Shown: positions 47,332 to 57,672 of the stretch, one piece after another | Numbering within the stretch: position 1 is the first letter of the stretch | Layout of the letters: each line of letters begins with the position of its first letter | Source: Candidatus Velthaea sp. | Lineage (GTDB): Bacteria; Vulcanimicrobiota; Vulcanimicrobiia; Vulcanimicrobiales; Vulcanimicrobiaceae | Direction of reading: 5' to 3' | Assembly (NCBI GenBank): GCA_965214935.1 | Contig: CBDCCS010000018.1 | Location: forward strand, 352,001-416,000 | DNA length: 64,000 nucleotides | The notes under the pieces: generated by a model | Databases searched by the model: none | Told to the model about the DNA's origin: nothing | The model's input: only the letters and a program-made list of their open reading frames with translations | Made by a program: the position numbers and the translations under genes

Positions 47332-48131
47332 GCCGAATCCCGTTCGAGCAGCGGTCGCGCCTCGGCAAAGCGCCGTCCGGCCGCATCGATGCCGACTAGG
47401 CCGCGCACGATCGCATTCGCCGGCGCCGCTAGAATCTGCGCCGGCACATCGTTTTGTACGATCGTGCCGCCGTTCATGACGACGATCCGGTCGGCAATAC
47501 GCAGCGCCTCATCGACGTCATGGGTAACAAAGACGATCGTCGTTCCGAGTTGGCGGTGAATGGCTCGAATCTCGTCTTGCAGCGACGTGCGCACGATCGC
47601 GTCGACCGCTCCGAACGGCTCGTCCATCAACAGCAATCGCGGTTCGGCGGCCAAGGCCCGCGCAACGCCGGCGCGCTGTTGTTCGCCGCCGGAAAGTTCG
47701 CGCGGCAGGCGCCCGCGATACTTTGCCGGGTCGAGCCGTACGAGCCTGAGCAATTCGTCGACGCGCGCCGCGCTACGCGCTTTGTCCCACCCGAGCAGCA
47801 TCGGCACGACGCCGACGTTGGCGGCGATCGTTAAATGCGGAAACAGGCCGACCGCCTGGATGACGTAGCCGATGCCGCGCCGGAGCGCGACGGCATCGAG
47901 CGCTTTGACGTCGGCGCCGTCGATAGCAACGCTTCCCGACGTCGGCTCGATGAGCCGGTTGATGGTTCGCAACAGCGTACTTTTTCCGCAACCCGATGGG
48001 CCGAGAAAGACGGTAAGTTCGCCGGCGGCGACGTCGAGGTCGACGTCGTGCACGGCCGGCGCGGCAGTGCCCGGATAGTGCACGCCGACACCGCGCAAGC
48101 GCAGTGCGGCGCCGCGCTCAGCCGAGACCAT
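47328..48131 (-). CDS. Osmoprotectant-type ABC transporter ATPase
   Basis: GPSGCGKS, LSGGEQQR, LMDEPFGA. Confidence 0.92.
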   Translation of the reverse strand: MVSAERGAALRLRGVGVHYPGTAAPAVHDVDLDVAAGELTVFLGPSGCGKSTLLRTINRLIEPTSGSVAIDGADVKALDAVALRRGIGYVIQAVGLFPHLTIAANVGVVPMLLGWDKARSAARVDELLRLVRLDPAKYRGRLPRELSGGEQQRAGVARALAAEPRLLLMDEPFGAVDAIVRTSLQDEIRAIHRQLGTTIVFVTHDVDEALRIADRIVVMNGGTIVQNDVPAQILAAPANAIVRGLVGIDAAGRRFAEARPLLERDSA

Positions 48132-49005
48132 GAGCTTTGACGAAGTCGCGAGCGACGTCGCTTGCTTCAAGTTTTTGCGTCCCGGCAACCCGATCGTTGA
48201 GCGTGCGCATGACGCCGTCGGTAAGCAGCGGCGCGATCCGGTTGAGATACGTTGCGATCTGCGGATAGCTGCGCAGAGCCTGATCGCGCACGACCGGCGC
48301 GACGTTATAGGCCGGCCAAAAGTGCTTGTCGTCGGTAAAAACGAGCAAATGCTCGCCCATGATCTCGCCGTCCGTGCCGAAAGCGACGACGACATCGACA
48401 TCACCGATCGCCAGCGCCTTGTATTTGAGTCCGATGTCGATCAGGCGCGTTTCTTTGAAAGCAAAGCCGCCGTACGCGTGCCGTAAACCGGGTAAGCCGT
48501 CGCTGCGTTTGAGAAACTCGGGGATCGCACCCAAGCGTAATTGCGGCGCTGCGCGGGCAAGATCGCTTAGCGTCCGCAGGTGATATTTCGCGCCGATCGC
48601 CGGGGTCGTTGCCAGCGCCTGTGTGTTGTTGGCGGGTGCCGGATCGAGCCAGGTCAACCCGTATTGTGTTTGATACGCTGCTTTGACGACGGCATAGATG
48701 CGCTTGCCGTCCGCGATCGGCGGGCGCTTGAGTTGCGTCAGGAGCGCGGTGCCGGTGTACTCGGGGTAGAGGTCGATCTCGGCGCGTCGCAGAGCTTCCA
48801 TCGCGATATCCGTACCGCCGAGATTGAGTTTGCGCGCCACGCGTAAGCCGTTGCCTTCGAGGGTCTGCGCGTAGATTTCGCCCAAGATCAGTTCTTCGGT
48901 GAAGTTCTTTGCGCCGACGGAAACTTGAGCGGGCGCTGAGCTGCACGCGGGCACCGTCATTGCCGCCGCGATAAGAGCGATAGCGTCGGCGCGAACGAGT
49001 CCCAT
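48118..49005 (-). CDS. Betaine-type ABC substrate-binding lipoprotein
   Basis: Lipobox-like PAC, GAKNFTE, YPEYTGT, DDK.FWP.Y. Confidence 0.9.
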   Translation of the reverse strand: MGLVRADAIALIAAAMTVPACSSAPAQVSVGAKNFTEELILGEIYAQTLEGNGLRVARKLNLGGTDIAMEALRRAEIDLYPEYTGTALLTQLKRPPIADGKRIYAVVKAAYQTQYGLTWLDPAPANNTQALATTPAIGAKYHLRTLSDLARAAPQLRLGAIPEFLKRSDGLPGLRHAYGGFAFKETRLIDIGLKYKALAIGDVDVVVAFGTDGEIMGEHLLVFTDDKHFWPAYNVAPVVRDQALRSYPQIATYLNRIAPLLTDGVMRTLNDRVAGTQKLEASDVARDFVKAHGLG

Positions 49006-49006
49006 G

Positions 49007-49600
49007 CTAGACCGCAAGCCGGCGCGCAACACCGCCGACTGCGCCGTCGACGATAAGTGCAAGTAGTGCGACCGACGTTGCGCCGAGCAGCACTTCGTTT
49101 CCGTCGTTGGTCGCTAAGCCGTCGATGATGTAATCTCCCAAGCCGCTGCCGCCGATGAACGAGGCTAAGGTGGCGCTCGCAACAACTTCGACTGCTGCAG
49201 TGCGAATGCCTGAGAAGACGACCGGCAGCGCGAGCGGCCACGCGATCCGGCGCCGGATTTGCGCCGCCGTCATTCCCATTCCGCGGGCTGCATCGATGAG
49301 CGCCGGCGAGATCGAGCGCAGCCCGGTATCGGTATTGATCGCGATCGGCGGAACCGCAAGCACGACGAGTGCGAGCAGTGCCGGCCGAAAGCCGAGGCCC
49401 AAGTACGGCAACGCGAGCGTCAACACCGCTAAACTCGGTATGACGCGCAGTATGCTGATTGCACTAAATGCCAGCGTATGCGGCACCGGCCGCTCGACGA
49501 GTGCCGCGGCGAGCGGAATTGCAATTGCAACGGCGATGAGCAGCGCGGAACCCGCAAGTGCAACGTGCGCCGCAACGTGAGCGATGAAGTCGGCCGTCAT
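49007..49600 (-). CDS. Osmoprotectant-type ABC transporter permease
   Basis: IPSLAVL, DAARGMGM, GLGDYI. Confidence 0.9.
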   Translation of the reverse strand: MTADFIAHVAAHVALAGSALLIAVAIAIPLAAALVERPVPHTLAFSAISILRVIPSLAVLTLALPYLGLGFRPALLALVVLAVPPIAINTDTGLRSISPALIDAARGMGMTAAQIRRRIAWPLALPVVFSGIRTAAVEVVASATLASFIGGSGLGDYIIDGLATNDGNEVLLGATSVALLALIVDGAVGGVARRLAV

Positions 49601-49617
49601 TCGGCGAATGCACCCAT

Positions 49618-51735
49618 ATGTTAACCGGTTCGGAACACGAGACGCAGGTCCGCCCGGCGCCGCCGGCGGCTTCGCTCGAGCTCGACGACCCGGCGCTGTA
49701 CATCAGCCGCGAATCAACTTGGATTGAATTCAACAACCGGGTCCTCGAAGAGGCGCTCGATGAAAGCAATCCGCTACTCGAGCGGCTGAAATTCATCGCG
49801 ATCTTCGGCACGAATCTCGATGAGTATTTCATGATCCGCGTTGCTGCGCTCAAGCAACAAGTCGAAGCCGAGATTCATAAGCGTTCGGACGACGGGCGGT
49901 TGCCCGAAGAGCAGCTGGCAGCGATTTTCGATGCGTTGCACGTTTCGCTCGATCGCCAAATGCGCTGCCTGGACGAACAGATTCTGCCCGGCCTCGAGCG
50001 GCACGGTATCCGCATCCTTGATTATGACGAACTCGACGCACGGATGCGCGTCGCGATGCGCAAATACTTCGACGAGCGGGTTTTCCCGGTGCTCACGCCG
50101 CTGGCGATCGATCCGAGCCATCCGTTCCCATATATCTCGAATTTATCGCTATCGCTGGCGGTCGAACTGCAGGAAACGACGGCCGGAATCTCAGCAAGCT
50201 ACTTTGCGCGCGTGAAAGTACCGGGCAGCTTACCGCGCTTCGTTCCGATCGATGCGGCAACTCCGGGTCAGCGCTGGTTCGTCATGCTCGAAGATCTCAT
50301 TGCGCACAATCTCGGTGCACTTTTTCCCGGCATGAACGTGTGCAGTTCGTACGGCTTTCGGGTAACGCGCGACGCCGATCTCGATCTGCAAGAAGATGAA
50401 GCCGACGATTTGCTGCGTGCCATCGAATCGGAACTGCGCAAACGCCGCTTCGGCGAACCCGTGCGCTTGGAGATCGCGCGCGGGATGCCCGCTCATCTAC
50501 GCGATAAGCTGCTCGACGCACTAGCGTTGAGCGCCGTCGATTGCTACTCGATCGACGGCATGCTCGCGACATCGGACGTTTGGACGCTGGTCAATATCGA
50601 TGACCCGGCGCTACACGATCCGCCGTTCACGCCGGCTATTCCGAAGCGGCTGATCGGAACGACCGATCTTTTCGCAGCGATTCGCGAAGGCGATTTGCTG
50701 CTGCATCATCCGTACGAGTCGTTCGATCCCGTCGTGCAGTTCGTCAATCAAGCCGCAAACGATCCGGACGTGCTCGCCATCAAGCAGACGCTTTACCGGA
50801 CCAGCGGTAATTCGCCCGTCGTCGGAGCGCTGATCGATGCCGCCGAGAACGGTAAACAAGTTGCGACGCTTATCGAACTCAAAGCTCGCTTCGATGAAGA
50901 AAATAACATCCACTGGGCGCGTAATCTCGAACGAGTCGGGGCCCACGTCGTCTATGGTTTGGCCGGACTCAAGACCCACGCCAAAGTCACGTTGATCGTG
51001 CGCAACGAGCCCGAAGGCATTCGGCGCTACATGCACTTCGGCACCGGCAACTATAACGATCGCACGGCAAAAACGTATACCGATCTGAGTTTATTTACGT
51101 GCCGCACGGTGCTGGGTGCGGACGTCACGCAATTGTTTAATGCACTTACGGGATTCTCGAAAAGCGACACGTACGAGGAGTTACTCGTTGCGCCGGTCGG
51201 TTTGCGGCCCGGCTTCGAGGGCCTCATCGAGCGCGAAACGGAGCACGCAATTGCCGGGCGCCCGAGCGGTATCCGCGGGAAAATGAACGCGATCACCGAC
51301 GCCGGGATTGCGCGTGCGCTGTATCGGGCTTCGCGGGCCGGCGTGCCGATCGACTTAATCGTTCGCGGCATGTGCGTGTTGCGGCCGGGTATCCCGGGGG
51401 TCAGCGACACCATACATGTCAGCAGCATCGTCGGCCGCTTTCTCGAACACTCGCGGATCTTCGTCTTCGAAAACGGCGGCGACCGCGATGTCTACGTCGG
51501 TAGCGCCGATTGGATGGGACGCAATCTCGACCGGCGCGTCGAAACGGTCGTGCCGGTGCTCGATGCGCAACTGCGTGAAACGATCGTTCACGATATCCTC
51601 GATCTCATGTTTGCCGACAATGTGAAGACGCGCGTGTTGCGCTCGGACGGCAGCTACGAACGTCGACCTGCGATGCCGGGTGACGACCGGATCAATGCTC
51701 AGGATACGCTGCTGCGCCGATATCAAGCCGTCTAA
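49618..51735 (+). CDS. ppk1: Polyphosphate kinase 1
   Basis: NLDEYFMIRVA, HHPYESF, ELKARFDEENNI, KTHAK, GRFLEHSR, SADWM.RN. Confidence 0.97.
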   Translation: MLTGSEHETQVRPAPPAASLELDDPALYISRESTWIEFNNRVLEEALDESNPLLERLKFIAIFGTNLDEYFMIRVAALKQQVEAEIHKRSDDGRLPEEQLAAIFDALHVSLDRQMRCLDEQILPGLERHGIRILDYDELDARMRVAMRKYFDERVFPVLTPLAIDPSHPFPYISNLSLSLAVELQETTAGISASYFARVKVPGSLPRFVPIDAATPGQRWFVMLEDLIAHNLGALFPGMNVCSSYGFRVTRDADLDLQEDEADDLLRAIESELRKRRFGEPVRLEIARGMPAHLRDKLLDALALSAVDCYSIDGMLATSDVWTLVNIDDPALHDPPFTPAIPKRLIGTTDLFAAIREGDLLLHHPYESFDPVVQFVNQAANDPDVLAIKQTLYRTSGNSPVVGALIDAAENGKQVATLIELKARFDEENNIHWARNLERVGAHVVYGLAGLKTHAKVTLIVRNEPEGIRRYMHFGTGNYNDRTAKTYTDLSLFTCRTVLGADVTQLFNALTGFSKSDTYEELLVAPVGLRPGFEGLIERETEHAIAGRPSGIRGKMNAITDAGIARALYRASRAGVPIDLIVRGMCVLRPGIPGVSDTIHVSSIVGRFLEHSRIFVFENGGDRDVYVGSADWMGRNLDRRVETVVPVLDAQLRETIVHDILDLMFADNVKTRVLRSDGSYERRPAMPGDDRINAQDTLLRRYQAV

Positions 51736-51748
51736 GGCTGCGCCTGTC

Positions 51749-52213
51749 TCACGATGCGGCCGCCGCCATCGCTTCGATGACGGACCATTGCCCGGCGCTA
51801 ACCGGTTGTACCGACAGTCGTTGACCGCGGCGCAACAAAGGCATGCCTTCGAGTGCCTTTACCGTGCGCAGCGAATCCAGCGTGATCAGGTGCTCGAATT
51901 TGCGCACGAACTCGACATCCACCATCCACCATTTCGGGCGCTCGCGGCGCGACGTCGGATCTTCATATTCGTGTCCGGGCTCGAACTGCGTGAAGTCGGG
52001 ATAGGCCTCGCGAACGACTTGTAGGATACCGGCAATTCCCGGCGGCTTGGTACTTGAATGATAGAAAAAGCCGAGGTCGCCGGCTTGCATTTCACGCATG
52101 AGATTGCGCGCTTGAAAGCTGCGCACGCCCGACCATTCCGTACGGCCCTCCCGCTCGAGCCGGTCGATGCCGTAAACATCCGGTTCGCTTTTCAAGAGCC
52201 AATAGTTCGCCAT
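51749..52213 (-). CDS. EVE domain protein
   Basis: YWLLKSEP, W.GVR.FQARN, FFYHS, RLSVQPV. Confidence 0.93.
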   Translation of the reverse strand: MANYWLLKSEPDVYGIDRLEREGRTEWSGVRSFQARNLMREMQAGDLGFFYHSSTKPPGIAGILQVVREAYPDFTQFEPGHEYEDPTSRRERPKWWMVDVEFVRKFEHLITLDSLRTVKALEGMPLLRRGQRLSVQPVSAGQWSVIEAMAAAAS

Positions 52214-52326
52214 GCGCCGCCCGTCCCGAACATTGCTATGGCGGAATGATGCGCGTATTTGTAAGTATTTCCCTTACAAATGCGCTATCCGTCAACTTTT
52301 CGACCGCTGCACCCGACGAAGTATCG

Positions 52327-55300
52327 ATGGGAGGCGCGACTGAGCGGACGACCGCGGACAAGACGTCGACTGACGCCTTCGATTTAACGATCGCACAGCG
52401 TACGGAGCGATTGCAAGCGATCGTCATCTGCACGTTGCTTGCCGGCGGCGCGAGTCTCGCCGCAGTTTTCGGCTCGGGCCAGGGTCCTGCGATTCACTCG
52501 CTCGTCCCGATAACGGCGACCATTTGGTCGTTGGCCGATCTGTTAACCGGATTTTTACTGCTCGCTCAATTCTCCGTTAACGGCCGTACGTCATTTGCGA
52601 TCTTAGGTATCAACTACGCCGTCTGCGGTTTGTTGACGTGGGCGTTTCTTATTACATTTCCGGGAGTCGTCGCACCGCCGACCGGAACGGCCGGGGAGCT
52701 CGACCGTTTTGTTTACTTCTGGCTTTTGGCGCACTGGATCTTTCCGATCCTGACCGTCGTATCGGTGCTCGTGAGCGACGTCCGGCAAGCAGTTGTCGCA
52801 ACGCAACGGTCGCGGATGATTGCCACGCCGCTGGTGTTGCTGATACCGCTCGTCGTTACAGCGGTCATCGTCGTGTTTATCTTTCGCGAGTGCAATGTGT
52901 TGCCGTATCCGGTCGTCGGCGGCCGAATGCAGCCGATCGACCACAATGTCTTTCAACCGGCGGTCATGATTCTTAACGCAGCGGCATGCGTGCTGCTGGC
53001 GGCACGCGGTAAGCGCCTGACGTCGCTGCAGCTGTGGCTGTGCGTGGCTATGACGGCGAATTGCCTCGACTCGTTGCTCATCACCTACGGTGCGACGGTG
53101 TATTCGTATGCTTGGGACGCCGGCAAGTTTCTGGCCGTCGTCGCCTCGAGCACCGTTCTGATCATGGCCCTGCGCGGAATAACCAAACTGTACCACCGCC
53201 AATTCAGCATGACCGAACAGCTAGAAGCCGACATTGCCGAACAACGGTCGGCGCAGACGCAGCTGCGCGAACACAACCGGCTCTTGGCAATGGCCGGCGA
53301 CCTTGCCCACGTCGGTCATTGGCGGCTCGAACTCAGTTCGCTTGCGCTGAGCTGGTCGTCCGAAATGTATCGCATACACGGTCTGCCGACGACACATTGC
53401 CCGTCGTTCGTTAGTGACTTTGCGGCCTACCATGCCGAGGACCGGGAAGTCGTTTGGCAGCAGCTGCAAACGGCGATCGGCGAGGGGCGGGCATTTGAAT
53501 GCGATGCCCGCATCGTGCATCATGACGGCAGCGTGCGTGATGTCGTGGTCAACGGCCAAGCCGAACGCGGCGTCGCCGGCAACGTCGTTGCAGTCTTCGG
53601 CGTAACGCAAGACGTTACCGCGCTCAAAGCCGCTCAACGCGAGCGTGACGTGCTGCTGCGCAGGTCCACCGTAGCTACGCGTGCCGCGCGAATCGGTATT
53701 TGGCAGTGGGATGTGGTGTCGGATACGCTGATCTGGGACGAGACGATGTTCCGCCTGTTCGGACGGCAAGAGACGGCCGACATGCTAACCTCAGCTTTCT
53801 ACGTACAGTCGCTTCATGCCGAAGATCGCGATCGGATCGTCGTAGAGTTGGCAACGACGAGCGCAGCGGAAATCGACCAAGAGTTTCGGATCCTTTGGGG
53901 CAACGGCGAGATCCGGCACATTCATTCGATCGCGACCGTCGTGCGAGCCGCCGATGGAACGACGGCGCGAATGACCGGTGCGGCCTGGGATATCACCGAA
54001 TTACGCCGGCTCACCCAAGAATTGCTCGACGACAAGCAGCTGCTCGCTGCCGTCAATAGCAAGCTCGATTTAAGCGAACGTCGCTCGCGCACGCTCACCG
54101 ATGCAATGCCGCAATTAGTCGGCATCCTCGATAGCCGGAAATTGCTGACATATGCGAACCGGCAGTGGTTCCACTACACCGGCACGACGCCCGATGCCGC
54201 CGCGCCGCTGGCGCCGGCCGAGCTGTTTCATCCGGATGACACGGAAGCGGCGTTGGCAAGTCTAAGCGTCTTGCACCTCACGCCGAACGTTGAATTCGAG
54301 GTCCGCGTCCGTCAGCCGGACGGCGCATACCGCTGGCATCAAGCGCGAGTCGTTCCGCTCGGCGATACGCTCGCCGGCACCGAGCAATGGATCGTGACCT
54401 TCACCGACATCCAACTCCGCAAAGCGGCGGAGATGGTGTTGCGCGAGGAGCATCGGCTCATGTCGATGGCCGAAGAATTAGCGAGCATCGGGCACTGGCG
54501 GTTCGATGTTATCAACAACACGCTGTTTTGGTCCGATGAAATCTACCGCACGCACGGTCTTGCCGTAAGCCAGCCGCCGTCCATCGAAGCCGCACTTTCG
54601 GCTTATCACCTAAACGACAGCGAGCGGGTAAGCGACATTGTCGTGCAGGCGATAAAAAGCGGCGAGCCCTTTCAATTCGAAGCGCGAATCAGCCGGCCCG
54701 ACGGCACGATTCGCGACGTCGTTTCGAGCGGCCGAGCCGAACGTGGGCTCGATGGACGCACGGCCGCAATCTTCGGCGTGCTGCACGATGTTACGGACCT
54801 GCGCGCAGCCGAGCTCGAGCGGACACGCTTGCTCGAACGCGTGACGCTCGCGACCCAAATCGGGAACATCGGCATTTGGGAATTTGACTTTGCCGACGGC
54901 AAACTTGTCTGGGATGCAGTCATGCTCGCGCTGTACGAAGTCGAACCGGGGGTGCAACCGACGTCCGAGCATTGGCTCAGCGCGGTTCATCCGGACGATC
55001 GCGAACGCATGGTCTATGAAAACGAACGCGCCGCGAGCGGTGAAACGTCGCTTGATAGCGAGTTTCGAATCGTAAGGAAAGACGGCGCCGTTCACCACAT
55101 TCGCGTGATGGCCAAAATGATTTGCGACGCCGCCGGCATTCCGACGCGTTTGGTCGGCACGAATTGGGACATCACGAACGTTCGGCGCGCCGAGGCGGCT
55201 CTGCGTGCCAGCGATCAGCTCTTTCGGCAAGTTGAAGAACACACGCCCGTTGGTTTGGCGCTCGTCGGCGTCGACGGAACGCTGCTGCGCGTCAACCGTT

Positions 55301-56787
55301 CGCTGTGCGAGCTAATCGGCTACGAGAGCACCGAACTGCTGCGGTCCAACCGCGAGTCGCTAACGCATCCCGAGGACATCGCTCGAGATCGCGCCGCCAC
55401 GCACGAGCTCTTGAGCGGAAGCATCCCGAGTTACGAACTCGAGAAGCGTTACATTCGTAAGGACGGCGGCATCGTTTGGGCGTACGTGTGCGCGTCGGTC
55501 GTGCGAGACGACGCCGGGCTTCCGCTCTATCTTATCGCGCAGATCCTCGATATTACGGCGCGCAAGTTAGCTGAGGCCGAACGCAAGGCGCATAGCGCCG
55601 CAGTCGCGGCCACGGACGCCAAAGCTCGCTTCATCGCGACGATGAGCCATGAAATCCGCACGCCGATGAACGGCGTGATCGGAATGACCGAATTGCTCGC
55701 GCTGTCCCCGCTGACCGACGAACAAACAGAGTATGTCAAGGTCGTCCGCGAGTCGGGCCGGTCGTTATTGCGAATCATCGACGACATTCTGGACTTCTCG
55801 AAGATTGAAAACGGCAAACTCGATATCGACGTACAGAACTTCCGTTTGCAAAGCCAACTCGACTCGGTCGTGGCTCTCGTCACGCCGCAGTTCGAAGAAA
55901 AAGGCGTCGCCTTAACAACGCTGGTCGACCCGACGGTGCCCGATAATTTGCGCGGTGATCCGGGCCGCTTGCGCCAAGTGCTGATCAATCTGGTCGGCAA
56001 CGCATTGAAGTTTACGCCTGCCCAAGGCAACGTCCGCATTCTCGTTACGGTAGAGCCGCCGCAAGATACTTTGCTGATCCGCTTTACGGTTGTCGATACG
56101 GGAATCGGTATTGCGCCCGAGGCGCGACATCGTCTATTCCAGCCGTTCTCGCAAGTCGACAGTTCGACAAGCCGTAAATACGGCGGTACCGGACTCGGGC
56201 TTTCGATCTGCAAGCAACTCGTTGAATTGATGGGCGGCCGGCTAGGCGTGGAGAGTATTCCGGGCGCCGGATCGTCGTTCTCGTTCGTGTTGCCGCTGGT
56301 CGCCGAAATGCCCGGCGAAGCCGGCATCAACGCCGTCGAACCGATTCCCGCCGACCGGCGTGTCCGGCCGCGGCGCCGGCCCGAACGCTTATTGTTAGCG
56401 GAGGACAATCAAGTCAACGCATTGCTGGCGATTCGGCAATTCGAGCGTCTCGGCTTCGACATTACGGTCGTCGGCGATGGACGACAGGCCGTCGAAGCGT
56501 TACGGCAGCAGCCCTTCGACCTCGTTTTCATGGACTGTCACATGCCCGGCATGGACGGTTTCGAGGCGACCCGAGCGATTCGCGCAGACGAGCAGCATGG
56601 AAAGCATACGCCGATCGTCGCGATGACCGCGAACGCTCAAGCCGAGGATCGCGAGCAGTGCCTGACTGCCGGCATGGACGACTATATCAGCAAACCGGTG
56701 AGTCTTGCCGAATTAGATACGCTGCTCGACCGGATGCTTCGCCGGGCCGAACCGGTCGCGCACTCGGCGCCGATCGGCTCAACCTGA
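52327..56787 (+). CDS. Hybrid histidine kinase: MASE-type TM region, about six PAS domains, HisKA/HATPase and REC (start uncertain)
   Basis: Multi-TM N-terminus, repeated W...HPDD/DIT PAS motifs, MSHEIRTPMNG, GTGLGL, MDCHMP. Confidence 0.92.
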   Translation: MGGATERTTADKTSTDAFDLTIAQRTERLQAIVICTLLAGGASLAAVFGSGQGPAIHSLVPITATIWSLADLLTGFLLLAQFSVNGRTSFAILGINYAVCGLLTWAFLITFPGVVAPPTGTAGELDRFVYFWLLAHWIFPILTVVSVLVSDVRQAVVATQRSRMIATPLVLLIPLVVTAVIVVFIFRECNVLPYPVVGGRMQPIDHNVFQPAVMILNAAACVLLAARGKRLTSLQLWLCVAMTANCLDSLLITYGATVYSYAWDAGKFLAVVASSTVLIMALRGITKLYHRQFSMTEQLEADIAEQRSAQTQLREHNRLLAMAGDLAHVGHWRLELSSLALSWSSEMYRIHGLPTTHCPSFVSDFAAYHAEDREVVWQQLQTAIGEGRAFECDARIVHHDGSVRDVVVNGQAERGVAGNVVAVFGVTQDVTALKAAQRERDVLLRRSTVATRAARIGIWQWDVVSDTLIWDETMFRLFGRQETADMLTSAFYVQSLHAEDRDRIVVELATTSAAEIDQEFRILWGNGEIRHIHSIATVVRAADGTTARMTGAAWDITELRRLTQELLDDKQLLAAVNSKLDLSERRSRTLTDAMPQLVGILDSRKLLTYANRQWFHYTGTTPDAAAPLAPAELFHPDDTEAALASLSVLHLTPNVEFEVRVRQPDGAYRWHQARVVPLGDTLAGTEQWIVTFTDIQLRKAAEMVLREEHRLMSMAEELASIGHWRFDVINNTLFWSDEIYRTHGLAVSQPPSIEAALSAYHLNDSERVSDIVVQAIKSGEPFQFEARISRPDGTIRDVVSSGRAERGLDGRTAAIFGVLHDVTDLRAAELERTRLLERVTLATQIGNIGIWEFDFADGKLVWDAVMLALYEVEPGVQPTSEHWLSAVHPDDRERMVYENERAASGETSLDSEFRIVRKDGAVHHIRVMAKMICDAAGIPTRLVGTNWDITNVRRAEAALRASDQLFRQVEEHTPVGLALVGVDGTLLRVNRSLCELIGYESTELLRSNRESLTHPEDIARDRAATHELLSGSIPSYELEKRYIRKDGGIVWAYVCASVVRDDAGLPLYLIAQILDITARKLAEAERKAHSAAVAATDAKARFIATMSHEIRTPMNGVIGMTELLALSPLTDEQTEYVKVVRESGRSLLRIIDDILDFSKIENGKLDIDVQNFRLQSQLDSVVALVTPQFEEKGVALTTLVDPTVPDNLRGDPGRLRQVLINLVGNALKFTPAQGNVRILVTVEPPQDTLLIRFTVVDTGIGIAPEARHRLFQPFSQVDSSTSRKYGGTGLGLSICKQLVELMGGRLGVESIPGAGSSFSFVLPLVAEMPGEAGINAVEPIPADRRVRPRRRPERLLLAEDNQVNALLAIRQFERLGFDITVVGDGRQAVEALRQQPFDLVFMDCHMPGMDGFEATRAIRADEQHGKHTPIVAMTANAQAEDREQCLTAGMDDYISKPVSLAELDTLLDRMLRRAEPVAHSAPIGST

Positions 56788-56795
56788 CGCACGAT

Positions 56796-57149
56796 TTAGT
56801 GGAGGTTGATCGCCGGCGCAACGCCGCGTTCGCTAAACGTCTCGCTTAGCAACGTCTGCAATTCGCCTTTCTCGGCCATCGGGGCGAGAATGTCGGTATC
56901 GCCGTAAAATTGGCCCCGGATGAACACCTTGGGCAGCGTTTGCCAATCGGTCATCTCGGAGAGCACTTGGCGTTTGGGCATGTTTTCGAGAACGTCCACG
57001 ACGGTGAACGGATAGCCGAATCGGTTAAAAAACTGAATCGTTTCGAGCGTAAAACCGCAGCGCGGAGCATCTTTGGTTCCCTTGCCGTAAACGACAACCG
57101 CGTTCTCGGCAAGTTCCGCTTCTATTTGGGTACGAATCGCTTCTGACAT
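56796..57149 (-). CDS. Monothiol glutaredoxin (Grx4-like)
   Basis: KGTK.APRCGFT, W.T.P.VFI.G.F.G..DI. Confidence 0.88.
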   Translation of the reverse strand: MSEAIRTQIEAELAENAVVVYGKGTKDAPRCGFTLETIQFFNRFGYPFTVVDVLENMPKRQVLSEMTDWQTLPKVFIRGQFYGDTDILAPMAEKGELQTLLSETFSERGVAPAINLH

Positions 57150-57154
57150 CAGTG

Positions 57155-57388
57155 TTACTCCAAGAGTTCGGTACGAATTGCCAGAGCATGAATGCGCCCG
57201 TCGGCGCGTGCCCCGGCAATAGCTTTTTCGACCATTCGATGACGGTCGAGCGGCGACTTGCCTGCAAAATGGTTCGAACGTATCAACACGTCGAAGTGGT
57301 CCATGGTGCCGGTGCGGTCCCAAATTTGAACTTCGGCGTCGGGCAGGCTGGCTCGAATGAGCGCAGTCATCGTTCTATCGTCGATCAT
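57155..57388 (-). CDS. BolA family protein
   Basis: DHF, F.GK..L.RHR.V, IHAL. Confidence 0.9.
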   Translation of the reverse strand: MIDDRTMTALIRASLPDAEVQIWDRTGTMDHFDVLIRSNHFAGKSPLDRHRMVEKAIAGARADGRIHALAIRTELLE

Positions 57389-57389
57389 A

Positions 57390-57623
57390 TTACGGATTGA
57401 GTGGCTGCGAGCGCCGATTGGATTCGATGAGGTGCCGTAATTCGCGAATCGTGTCGGGTAGCGCGGGTGCCCCGGCGGCCAGCGCGCGCATGGCGCCCGC
57501 GGCGACGACGATCGTGGCGACGCCGAGCAGAATTGCCGGAACGCCTTGTGCTTTGAGGCCGCCGTAGCGTAATTTCGATGCTCGCAACGCTTTGGCGGGG
57601 TCGAGCAGTGCCAGATTCTTCAT
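57390..57623 (-). CDS. Small membrane hypothetical protein
   Basis: 77 aa with one hydrophobic segment, directly upstream of bolA. Confidence 0.45.
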   Translation of the reverse strand: MKNLALLDPAKALRASKLRYGGLKAQGVPAILLGVATIVVAAGAMRALAAGAPALPDTIRELRHLIESNRRSQPLNP

Positions 57624-57672
57624 GCAAGTACGGGGCGGGGTGCGCCGGGACGCTAGGTGAATCCTCGCGCTC

